This document shows positions 17,931 through 27,281 of a DNA stretch of 64,000 bases, one piece after another; within the stretch, counting starts at the first letter, position 1; each line of letters begins with the position of its first letter. The position numbers were made by a program, and so were the translations under genes. The DNA lies in contig CALOEX010000004.1 of the NCBI GenBank assembly GCA_942492555.1, positions 11,875 through 75,874 of the forward strand. Reading direction: 5' to 3'. The stretch is from an uncultured Bacteroidota bacterium. Lineage in GTDB: Bacteria; Bacteroidota; Bacteroidia; Cytophagales; Amoebophilaceae. The notes below the pieces were generated by a model. That model worked only from the letters and a program-made list of their open reading frames with translations, did no database searches and had not been told where the DNA came from.

Positions 17931-19184
17931 TTATGCCCCCTCTTTATTTTCTGATAAAACACGACGAAGCATAGCTTCTATTTGTGGCGTAATTAAATGT
18001 TCAATAGCTTCAGCATCATCATGAACATGTGTACTATCAATCTTTAAAAAACGCTCCAAATAAGCCTCCCAAAGCAAATGCCTTTCCATTATCCTCTTAC
18101 CATACCTACATCCATCCTTTGTCAACCGCCATTTATCCCTATCCACACAAAACGCAAGCCTTTTTGCACACAATTGTTCCATACCCTTACGTATTTTCCC
18201 AACAGGTATTTTTCTGTATTCTTTCAAAATTTTTAAATCAAGCACCTCCTCATACCCATCATCCAATTGCCCTAACTCAAAAAACATCTTCAATAAATTC
18301 TCCTGTAATATACGCCTACCATAAAGATACATATACCACTTCTTTGGAAAAAAACCCTCTCCAGGAGCAAATAAACAAGATATCAACAACAATAATACAG
18401 ATATCAATACAATACAAGGTCCTGTTGGCATCTCACCTATATAATAAGAGCAGTACATGCCCCCAACACCACTCACACAAGCAACAAAACTCGCAATAGC
18501 CAGCAATACCTTCAATTTTTTCGTCCAAAAAAAACCAGTTACTACAGGTGTAATCAACAGTGCTGTCACCAAAACAACACCCACTGTTTGTATGCCTAAA
18601 ACAATGGCCATTACAGTAATACAACGAAACAAAAAATCCAAACGATGCACAGGCATTCCAACCGTTATAGCAAACGACCTATCAAAACACAACAGTTGCC
18701 ACTCATGAAAAAAAACAAACAAAACCATCAACACCACTGCAGTCAAACAAGCAAAAACCACCACATCCTGCCTACTTAACGCCACAACATTACCCAACAA
18801 AAAATCTTTTAACCCAGACTGCTCCTCATACTCCTTATTATTTTGTACAAAAGACAACAACATAATCCCAAAACCAAAAAAGCTAGCCAATACCAGTGCC
18901 ATGGACGTATCCTTTTTAATTTTAGGGTTTGTATAAGACAAATAATCAATCAATAACATCGCCATCATACCACTCCCCAAAGCTCCAATCGACAAATAAA
19001 AAGCATTTTTTACATGCATAGCAATAAAAGCCAGAACAATACCTGGTAAAACAGCATGCGAGATAACATCCCCTGCAAGCTCTTTTTTTTGCAAGCTAGT
19101 AAAAGTGCCAACAATTGCTAAAATACTCATGGAAAGCATTACACCAATAGCTTGATAAAAAGGTATTACAACATTAAAATCCAT
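17931..19184 (-). CDS. Metal ABC transporter permease (ABC-3 / ZnuB-TroD-YtgC type) fused to a C-terminal DtxR-like repressor domain
   Basis: The N-terminal ~285 aa are a polytopic ABC-3-like permease. The C-terminal ~125 aa read ENLLKMFFELGQ...GMEQLCAKRLAFCVDRDKWRLTKDGCRYGKRIMERHLLWEAYLERFLKIDSTHVHDDAEAIEHLITPQIEAMLRRVL. This aligns by eye with the DtxR winged-helix plus dimerisation/metal-site region (RKHRLAERLL...VHDEACRWEH). Confidence 0.8.
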   Translation of the reverse strand: MDFNVVIPFYQAIGVMLSMSILAIVGTFTSLQKKELAGDVISHAVLPGIVLAFIAMHVKNAFYLSIGALGSGMMAMLLIDYLSYTNPKIKKDTSMALVLASFFGFGIMLLSFVQNNKEYEEQSGLKDFLLGNVVALSRQDVVVFACLTAVVLMVLFVFFHEWQLLCFDRSFAITVGMPVHRLDFLFRCITVMAIVLGIQTVGVVLVTALLITPVVTGFFWTKKLKVLLAIASFVACVSGVGGMYCSYYIGEMPTGPCIVLISVLLLLISCLFAPGEGFFPKKWYMYLYGRRILQENLLKMFFELGQLDDGYEEVLDLKILKEYRKIPVGKIRKGMEQLCAKRLAFCVDRDKWRLTKDGCRYGKRIMERHLLWEAYLERFLKIDSTHVHDDAEAIEHLITPQIEAMLRRVLSENKEGA

Positions 19185-19206
19185 TATGTAAACATTATAT
19201 ACTACA

Positions 19207-19214
19207 CAAATCTA
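19207..19214 (-). promoter_or_regulatory. Candidate -7 box (complement TAGATTTG = TAnnTTTG) for the permease-DtxR gene
   Basis: caaatcta on the plus strand, 23 nt upstream of the minus-strand ATG at 19184. Confidence 0.35.
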
Positions 19215-19527
19215 CAGCCACAAATCAAAAACACCACAAAGATCCCCAAAGAAAGACAATAAACATAAACAAAAGAGAACCCTAAAATTTATCCCACTAC
19301 CTATAAAAGCAACAGCTTCATTACGTGATCCATCATCAAAATCACCACACAGCCTTTTACAAAAAAATAGAAAACAAAAAAATTTCAACCAGTAGGTTTT
19401 TATTTATTTAAGCACCCACCCTTAGCCTTCAAATCAATATTATTTTCTTTCATATTTTATTTTGTCATTAAAAAATTGTATAATGTATTACATGATTTTA
19501 AAAAAATACCATAAAAAATAAAAATCA

Positions 19528-22500
19528 ATGAAAAAACAGAATAAAAAAAACACTTTAAGCACAATCTGTATAAGCAACATTATTTTTGTAATCCTAATGT
19601 TCTCCATTACCCCACTGAGTGCAACCTTGCAGTACACACATGCTCTACGCGATATATATCAACAAAACCAAACCTACCACTGCCAAGAACCCATCATCAA
19701 CGCTTTTCCAAACAGCATTCCTCTAGCAATTAACACCAACCAAAATCAACTAAACGCCTTGTTATACACCAGTAACATCCAAAAAAACCTCAGCAACAAC
19801 AACGTAGAAAAAGTAAGTGAAAACTTACAAAACCTCACCAACATCTACCAAAAAAAACTCTTAAACCCAGCAATCATCATACAAAAACTACTAGAAGCCC
19901 TCACAATCCCAACCAATCAATGGGAAACCATCCTTCTCAAACAACATATCGCACAAGCCATCCACCCCTTTATGTACATTTTGTACCATACCCCACACCA
20001 CTACAACAAAACAACATTACAAAATCAAATACAAAAAGCCCAAAACACCATAAACGAAACAAAAGCACCCCAAAACGCACTACGCTTTCACCTCGACTTC
20101 CTACAAGCCATAATAGACAACCTACCTAAAACCCCACATGAACAAAACGAAACAAAAAGCCTCATCATAGCAACCCATCAACTACTACAACAAACCAAAA
20201 ACAACCCTGTTAGCTTAGCCCAAGCAACAAAAAAAATCCATCTGCACCTCAAAAAAAAAACAAATACCACATGGTACCAAATCGTACTATACATCAACCA
20301 CCTCAAACAACAAACCCAAAACAACCCCATAGCCCTAACCTACCTGCAAGAAATACTTGAAAACTACAAAAAACCCACCCTCAAACCCCAAAACAAAATC
20401 ACCCAACAAATCAACAACCTGCTAGGTGTCAAAAACCAACACCATCACAACCCCAAAGGCAACTGGCATATACTATACGCTGGCATAGACACCCTTACAC
20501 ACATGGCCATCCATACTCCCAACCTCCAGACATACCTAAAAACCCCACACAACATCCTACACTATTTAAACATACAAAACCAACAGCAACTAAGCCACCC
20601 CGCCTACAACTGGCGCATCCGCGAAAAAATCCTCGAAAGTACCCTTTTCCTCATCCAACACAAAAACCTACAAATACAGCAACAAGCAACCCACCATCTT
20701 TTCAATAGAGCAATCAAAGAAAAAGACACACGCGTCACCAACATACTCCAACAACCAAGCCTTATCACCGCTATTACAGAAACACTCCAAAAAAATTGGC
20801 AAAACACACCAGAAACCTTCGAAAAAATCCTAGCAAAACACACCCAAAACATAGAGGAACACTTTCAAAACTTATGGGCAAAAAACAATTCCCAATACAC
20901 ACAAAATTTAGAAAAACAACAAAAAATCCATCAAAACATTGCTTCCTATATGGAAAAAAATCACCCTAAAGGTTGCCACGAATGCATCATAAAATACAAA
21001 ATCCAATTTCTTGCCATAGTAGAAAACGAAAAATACAAAATACAAGAACAACTAGATACACTTACCACACAAAACGAAAAACTAGCAAAACGATACAACA
21101 ACATCCTCGCAAAACAGCAAACAATAGCCAACATCCACAACAATCCAGCACCAACCACCCAAGAACTAAAAAACACCCTCCAAACCATACACACTTGTCT
21201 CACAAACAACCTCCAAAAAGAAATAATGCAAATATTACAAATAAACCAACAATTTAAACTAGATATCAATACTGATTTTCTACAAAAAATATACCAAAAA
21301 AGCAACACTATATTGACATCAAGAGAAAAACAAATACTTACAAAAACAATTCAAAACACCAAAGCAACAAAAGAAAACAACGACATCCTCACACTACTTC
21401 AGAAAGAAATACTAGAAAATACACCACATCAACATTATATTTCTCTCAAGGTAATATCAACCCAAGACAAAGAGAGCATCGATATAGACAAAGCGGTGCA
21501 TGATTTTCTCAAAGAAAAAAGCACAAAAAAATGCTCTCTAGTCATTAAAGGCAACTCAGGTGCAGGAAAAACCACCTACATGCACTACCTTTACCACCAA
21601 CTATGGAAAACACGCAAACCCAACGACCCTATACCCCTATTGTTGTCACTAAAAAACTTCGTCAACGTTACAGACCAGCTCGTAGAAACAGCACTTAAAC
21701 AAGAATATACCATCTGGGAAGAAAAAGCAAACCACCTACGAAAAAAATATAGATTTCTTCTATTGCTCGATGGATATGATGAAATGAACTCTACAAAATC
21801 CTTATACCAAAACTATAACCTAAACACATGGGCAGACAAAGTCATTGTAACCATACATCAAGAATATCCCATCACAACCAGTTGCTTTGTCCCATACAAA
21901 AACAACATACCACAAAAACAACTCTGCCAAGAAATAACCTTGCAACCCTTTGATCAAGAGCAAATCAACAACTACTTCAAAACAATAGCACAAGCACCCC
22001 ATAGCATTTGGCAAGATTGGCATCTATACCGCAACACCCTAGACAAAATGCCTATTATAGCGAAAATAGCAAGCAATCCTCTAACGTTGCAAATTATCTG
22101 TTATGTTTTTGCAAACAAAGAAAAAAAAAACATCTTAAAACAACATCCCACATCCATAGACATCTATACAGCCCTCATTCGCCACACAATCAACCACGAT
22201 AAAAAAAAAGCGCATATTCCCGTAGAAAAATACCTCAAATTTGCACAAAAGCTAGCCATTGCCATGCTTTGTCAAAAAGAAAAAAAAATTACTTATCAAT
22301 ACCCCAAAAAAAATAATACTTGGATCTTTACAAATCCATCATTTTACTCCTATTTTATAACCCAAGCGATCTGTGACCAAATCTTTTCCACAATCGACAC
22401 AACTTTCAACACCAACAACCTCCTTCTCAACAAAACACTCTTAAACAATGAACATGAAGTCCTACAATTACTTACAGATATCACCCTAAAAAGCACAATG

Positions 22501-24942
22501 TTTAAACAGCAACTATTCAGCTATATAGAAACCTCAAAAAATAATCCCAACATAGCCATTGCCGCTGCCAATAGCGCTACTATTCTAGCCAAAGCCAACA
22601 TACCACTTAACGATCTCGACTGGCAAGGCATCCGCATTTCAGGTGCTAATCTTGATGGTGCTTTCCTTGCACGTACAAATTTTTCTGGTAGTGACTGTCG
22701 CAATTTAAGTGTTAAAGAATCCTATCTAGAAAACACCAAATGGGTTGGTACTCAAATAAAAGGAATAGACTTTGGTGCTTATCCTTATTTAGAACACCCA
22801 TGGGAAGTTACAGAAGCCATTTGGGCACCCCACAACCTATTGGCAACAAGTAGCCAAGACAATCTCTATATTTATATTTGGGATACTGAGAGTAGCAAAC
22901 TTTTACACACTTGCAAAAAACACAAAGATAGTATCCGAGCCATCAAATGGTCACCCAAGGGCAATAAAATAGCCACTGCTAGCGATGACAGCACCATCTG
23001 TATTTGGCATAGAAATGGAAATCATATTGCTACCTGCCAAGGACACCTAGACTATGTCAACACGATCGCATGGTCCCCAGACGGGAAAAAGCTCGCCTCT
23101 GCCAGCGATGATAATACCGTGTGCATTTGGGATGCTACAACAGGCAATGTTATCAAGGTGTGTAAAGGGCATACAGAAGCAGTGAAATCTGTAACCTGGT
23201 CACCAGATAACCAATACATAGCCTCTGCCAGTGATGACAAAACCATATGTATTTGGGATGCTACAACAGGTAACCCCTATAAAAAACAGACTTATACAAG
23301 CACAATAAGCCATGTTTGTTGGTCACCCAATAGCAATAAAATAGCCATTGTATCTACTGATCAATCCATATATATATATGACACCATCCATGCTACAACC
23401 CAAGAGTGCAAAGGCCACCTAGGGCTTATCAATGCTATCCAATGGTCATCTACAAAAAAACTTGCTTCTGCCAGCAATGACCATACTATACGCATCTGGA
23501 ATGAACATGGAAAACCACTTGCTCTATGCAACGGGCATACAGGGGAAGTAAACGATGTAAAATGGTCACCCAATGCCACAAAACTCGCTTCTGCTAGTTC
23601 TGATAAAACAGTACGAGTCTGGGATGCAACAAATGGTAAACTTTTGCGAGAGTATAGAGGGCATACCTATTATGTAAATTCGGTAAGCTGGTCTGAAGAC
23701 GGTACAAAAATCGCTTCTGCCAGTGAAGATAAAACTGTGCGCATTTGGAATGGAAACATAAAAATACCACACAAATACACAACTTCCTTCTCTTGCGTAG
23801 ATTGGTCTCAAGATGGAAAAATGCTTGCTGTAGGTAGTAAAAAAAATACTGTACAACTTTGGGATAGCAAACGTGGCAAAGTTATGTGCGAATCTCCAAA
23901 ACACTGTGGTGGTATCAGTTGTATACGATGGTCACCCAACAAACAACACTTTGCTTCTGGAGGAATTGATGCCATTGTATATATCTGGCAAGGGCATACA
24001 GGTAAATTACTATACACATGTAAACAACACATTGAAGACATTAGTTGCTTAGCATGGTCACCAAACGGAAAACAACTAGCCTCTTCCTCCTACGATAGCA
24101 CTCTATGTCTTTGGGATACCAACACAGGAAAAATGATACAGCACTGCAAAGGACCCAAGCAAGGTATCAATGCCATTAGCTGGTCTTCAAATGGCGATCA
24201 AATAGCCTCTTCTAGCTGGGATAATATGATATATATTTGGCATGCTTTTACAGGCAATATTCTTTATATATACAAAGGGCATGAAAATTGGATAGTTTCA
24301 TTACAATGGTCACCCAAAGAATCCTCTAAGTTGGCATCGGGTAGTTGGGACAAAAGCGTTCACATTCTAGATATAGGAGATCAAAAAACCCATAATAGCT
24401 CCATTTTGCAATATAGAGGACATAGAGACTTTATATCTTCTATAGACTGGTCTCCAAATGGTAAAAAAATTGCTTCTGCCAGTTGGGACAAAACCACCCA
24501 AGTATGGGATATCAACACAGGAAAAATATGCTATACCTGCAAAAACCCTGGTAATATACAAATTGTTAAATGGTCTGCAAATGGAAAAAAACTCGCTTCA
24601 CTTAGCGATAACAACACCGTTACTATATGCAATGGAAATACAGGTAAAATCATTTGCATTTGTAAAAACAGAAAAGGATTGATCACTACCATTAGCTGGT
24701 GCCCAAACAACAAAAAAATCATCACTGTCAACGATGACAAAACCATGTACATTTGGGATGCACAAAAAGGGCATATCATCATGCTTTTAGGTAATCAAAA
24801 CCTCTTTTTATGGGGATTATACATAGAAAATGCACACGGTCTATCCCTTAATAACCACAAACTCATCATACAAAACAAAGGTATTGTTTCACCTTATGTT
24901 CCTACCGACTATGATAACGATGAAAAAAAAGACATAAAATAA
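19528..24942 (+). CDS. STAND NTPase: N-terminal signal-anchor + ~640-aa Q/N/T/H/K-rich region + NACHT + pentapeptide repeats + ~16 WD40 repeats
   Basis: Walker A is VIKGNSGAGKTTYMHYLY (about 21551) and Walker B is FLLLLDGYDEM (about 21755). Pentapeptide repeats GANLDGAFLARTNFSGSDCRNLSVKESYLENTKW lie at about 22618-22775. They are followed by repeated ...WSPDGKKLASASDDNTVCIWDATTG... units. Confidence 0.9.
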   Translation: MKKQNKKNTLSTICISNIIFVILMFSITPLSATLQYTHALRDIYQQNQTYHCQEPIINAFPNSIPLAINTNQNQLNALLYTSNIQKNLSNNNVEKVSENLQNLTNIYQKKLLNPAIIIQKLLEALTIPTNQWETILLKQHIAQAIHPFMYILYHTPHHYNKTTLQNQIQKAQNTINETKAPQNALRFHLDFLQAIIDNLPKTPHEQNETKSLIIATHQLLQQTKNNPVSLAQATKKIHLHLKKKTNTTWYQIVLYINHLKQQTQNNPIALTYLQEILENYKKPTLKPQNKITQQINNLLGVKNQHHHNPKGNWHILYAGIDTLTHMAIHTPNLQTYLKTPHNILHYLNIQNQQQLSHPAYNWRIREKILESTLFLIQHKNLQIQQQATHHLFNRAIKEKDTRVTNILQQPSLITAITETLQKNWQNTPETFEKILAKHTQNIEEHFQNLWAKNNSQYTQNLEKQQKIHQNIASYMEKNHPKGCHECIIKYKIQFLAIVENEKYKIQEQLDTLTTQNEKLAKRYNNILAKQQTIANIHNNPAPTTQELKNTLQTIHTCLTNNLQKEIMQILQINQQFKLDINTDFLQKIYQKSNTILTSREKQILTKTIQNTKATKENNDILTLLQKEILENTPHQHYISLKVISTQDKESIDIDKAVHDFLKEKSTKKCSLVIKGNSGAGKTTYMHYLYHQLWKTRKPNDPIPLLLSLKNFVNVTDQLVETALKQEYTIWEEKANHLRKKYRFLLLLDGYDEMNSTKSLYQNYNLNTWADKVIVTIHQEYPITTSCFVPYKNNIPQKQLCQEITLQPFDQEQINNYFKTIAQAPHSIWQDWHLYRNTLDKMPIIAKIASNPLTLQIICYVFANKEKKNILKQHPTSIDIYTALIRHTINHDKKKAHIPVEKYLKFAQKLAIAMLCQKEKKITYQYPKKNNTWIFTNPSFYSYFITQAICDQIFSTIDTTFNTNNLLLNKTLLNNEHEVLQLLTDITLKSTMFKQQLFSYIETSKNNPNIAIAAANSATILAKANIPLNDLDWQGIRISGANLDGAFLARTNFSGSDCRNLSVKESYLENTKWVGTQIKGIDFGAYPYLEHPWEVTEAIWAPHNLLATSSQDNLYIYIWDTESSKLLHTCKKHKDSIRAIKWSPKGNKIATASDDSTICIWHRNGNHIATCQGHLDYVNTIAWSPDGKKLASASDDNTVCIWDATTGNVIKVCKGHTEAVKSVTWSPDNQYIASASDDKTICIWDATTGNPYKKQTYTSTISHVCWSPNSNKIAIVSTDQSIYIYDTIHATTQECKGHLGLINAIQWSSTKKLASASNDHTIRIWNEHGKPLALCNGHTGEVNDVKWSPNATKLASASSDKTVRVWDATNGKLLREYRGHTYYVNSVSWSEDGTKIASASEDKTVRIWNGNIKIPHKYTTSFSCVDWSQDGKMLAVGSKKNTVQLWDSKRGKVMCESPKHCGGISCIRWSPNKQHFASGGIDAIVYIWQGHTGKLLYTCKQHIEDISCLAWSPNGKQLASSSYDSTLCLWDTNTGKMIQHCKGPKQGINAISWSSNGDQIASSSWDNMIYIWHAFTGNILYIYKGHENWIVSLQWSPKESSKLASGSWDKSVHILDIGDQKTHNSSILQYRGHRDFISSIDWSPNGKKIASASWDKTTQVWDINTGKICYTCKNPGNIQIVKWSANGKKLASLSDNNTVTICNGNTGKIICICKNRKGLITTISWCPNNKKIITVNDDKTMYIWDAQKGHIIMLLGNQNLFLWGLYIENAHGLSLNNHKLIIQNKGIVSPYVPTDYDNDEKKDIK
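22790..24775. repeat. Array of ~16 WD40 coding repeats (~126 bp each)
   Basis: Hand count of W(S/A)P...A(S/T)(A/S)S.D.T..IWD units. Adjacent units 3 and 4 share gcctctgccagYgatgaYaaWaccRtRtgYatttgggatgctacaacaggYaa. Confidence 0.85.
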
Positions 24943-25142
24943 CCCTTTTGTAGCTACATCAAATAAAATTGTTTCCATGGCTCTTGTAATTGTGATATAG
25001 TGTTAAGTAACATAGCATTATTTGATGTTTTTTTTATTTAATATATTGATGTTTATGAAAATTTTGCTAAACTTTTCTTTAAGTTTTTATAAAACGTATA
25101 TTGCACTAGCTATATGTAAAAAATTAAGAAAACTTAGAGAAA

Positions 25143-26276
25143 ATGGAAAGAAATAACACACCTCAAAACAAAAAACAAACTAAAAACGCCCTTTATCTTT
25201 TAGTTTGCTTTGGAGTAATAGCAATAGGATTAGGCATATATTTATTTTTATATCTTCCGCAAACAGAGTCTCAGCAAACAGAGTCTCAGCAAACAGAGTC
25301 TCAGCAAACAGTGCTAGTTTGCTTGGAAAAAAAATATGCTCAAGCTTTTGATACGCATGATCCAAACAAACCAGTAAAATCCCTCGAGGGATTTGTGCCA
25401 CTTGCTGTTGAATTCTTCAAAATGATACCACGAGCATATGAAACCTATCTCCAACAAGATCCGTTAACATTGCCACAGGAGAAAAAGTTTTATAAAGAAG
25501 TATTAGACAAAGTTGCTCAAGAGCAAGGGAAGTTGCTGATCGGTGCTGATGCGCCCTCTAGTGACATTATAAATGAAAAAAATATGGATGAATTTCTAGA
25601 TGCATGGATGCAATATGTATTGATTAACGCAAAGAGTCAATCTATGTCTAAAGAGATCTTTATCCGAAATATGAAAAGCTATTATATTGGAAGCCGAATA
25701 ATCTTAGATACGGCACAAGCACTGCGAGATTTTGGTTATGGCACAAAAGAAACAGAAGGCAAAGAAGATACACCTTATGTAGCCTATGAGAAACAACTAA
25801 CTCAACTAGCACAAGAGGGGCAAATACCAGGCATGAATCAGGAACAAACAAAGCTTGGTTCGGAAAAGGAACAATTATTTGAAAAAATAAAGCACACATT
25901 GTTTTCTCCATCTTATGTTGCACAGCTCGAATCTACACATACAGATAATCAACTGGATTTTCTTTCTTTAATAAATGAAGAGAACTTAAATAAAGCAATG
26001 AATTTTGCTATCGATAATGAAGAATGGCGTCAATTTGTACAAAATATAGCTATAGCAAACCTAAAGCTAGCTATGTGCGAAAGTATACAAAACAACAAGA
26101 AACCCAACCAGAAACAAGAGGATGCAAATATAAACACAATACCAACAACATCCTCCGGTAACAACACCGCAAAAAAAGAGCATTGTGGACCAGATACAAC
26201 AAATCAAAATGAAAGCATCCCCGGTAACAACACCTCAACAAAAAATGAAAATATAAACAACACAGAAAAACAATAA
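25143..26276 (+). CDS. Hypothetical N-terminally anchored protein with QTESQ repeat and N/T-rich tail
   Basis: 377-aa ORF with TM LYLLVCFGVIAIGLGIYLFLYL. No recognisable domain. Confidence 0.6.
   Translation: MERNNTPQNKKQTKNALYLLVCFGVIAIGLGIYLFLYLPQTESQQTESQQTESQQTVLVCLEKKYAQAFDTHDPNKPVKSLEGFVPLAVEFFKMIPRAYETYLQQDPLTLPQEKKFYKEVLDKVAQEQGKLLIGADAPSSDIINEKNMDEFLDAWMQYVLINAKSQSMSKEIFIRNMKSYYIGSRIILDTAQALRDFGYGTKETEGKEDTPYVAYEKQLTQLAQEGQIPGMNQEQTKLGSEKEQLFEKIKHTLFSPSYVAQLESTHTDNQLDFLSLINEENLNKAMNFAIDNEEWRQFVQNIAIANLKLAMCESIQNNKKPNQKQEDANINTIPTTSSGNNTAKKEHCGPDTTNQNESIPGNNTSTKNENINNTEKQ
25259..25310. repeat. 15-bp in-frame tandem repeat (gcaaacagagtctca) x about 3.4 encoding QTESQ repeats
   Basis: Read directly: aaacagagtctcagcaaacagagtctcagcaaacagagtctcagcaaacag. 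Confidence 0.9.
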
Positions 26277-26330
26277 AACAACCGAATTTTCTGTCTTTTT
26301 TAATAAATCAAGAGTACTGGCGTAAAACAA

Positions 26331-26385
26331 TGCATGTTGCTATCATCGATAGTGAAGAATGGCGTCAATTTGTAAGAGAATAGGT
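26331..26385 (+). pseudogene. Short duplicated fragment of the 3' part of 25143-26276
   Basis: atcgatagtgaagaatggcgtcaatttgta matches atcgataatgaagaatggcgtcaatttgta at about 26013-26042 (peptide DNEEWRQFV versus DSEEWRQFV, followed by a stop). Confidence 0.5.
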
Positions 26386-26530
26386 ATAAACGAAAGAATG
26401 GTTTCTTAAGTAGATACTCGTTATAGTCTAAGAGAAAGGCATAACAAATACTGCAAACCATTAAATATTACAGGTTTTTTTTAGAGCATTGTTTTCCATG
26501 GTACATATATAGGGCAAAAAAAGAGCTATT

Positions 26531-26986
26531 TCACGTTTTTTTTCCCTCTTTTTCAGTTTTTAAAATCTGTTGTGTATGCTCAACCTGCACAGATTTAATA
26601 ATACGCTCAACGTAACCCTTGGCATCAATAATAAATGTAGTACGCCGTGGAAACCAAAACATACGAGAAGTACCATAGGCTTTTGTAATTGTTTTATCTG
26701 GGTCTGCAACCAAAGGAAAAGGCAATTGATAACGCTCTGCAAATTTTTTGTGGGAATCTACTGAATCATTGCTAATACCAATCACCACATAGCCTTGGTT
26801 TATCAAAACCTCATAATGATCCCGTAAATTACATGCTTGCTTGGTACAGCCAGGCGTATTATCCTTCGGATAAAAGTAAAGCACCACCTTTTGCCCAATA
26901 AAATCAGCAAGTGAGATTTGTGTATTGTCTTGTGTTACCCCAGTAAAATCAGGGGCTTTATCACCTATTTTAATTGCCATGGTCAT
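26531..26986 (-). CDS. bcp: Thiol peroxidase / peroxiredoxin Bcp
   Basis: KIGDKAPDF..., VLYFYPKDNTPGCTKQAC with the peroxidatic Cys context. 151 aa. Confidence 0.9.
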   Translation of the reverse strand: MTMAIKIGDKAPDFTGVTQDNTQISLADFIGQKVVLYFYPKDNTPGCTKQACNLRDHYEVLINQGYVVIGISNDSVDSHKKFAERYQLPFPLVADPDKTITKAYGTSRMFWFPRRTTFIIDAKGYVERIIKSVQVEHTQQILKTEKEGKKT

Positions 26987-27281
26987 GCGTTGCTATTGCC
27001 TTATCTGGTATTCATTAAAAAACACCACGCATATGAAACTTACTTATCTTTATAAGATTGAAAATCTTCACAATGTATATTTTTTTTCCTTATGTTATAA
27101 CACAAAACAAAAAATCACTTATTGAGCTATAATAAGTAAACACCTATGATCTTTTGGTAGGTATAGACAAAAGTCGCTTATTAATCCACGAGTGCTGGGA
27201 AGTTTTTATAAAGATCCTATGGTTGTATCAAGTGAAGATGGTCTGTGTACATGCTATGCTCATAGACAACAAATAAGATGA

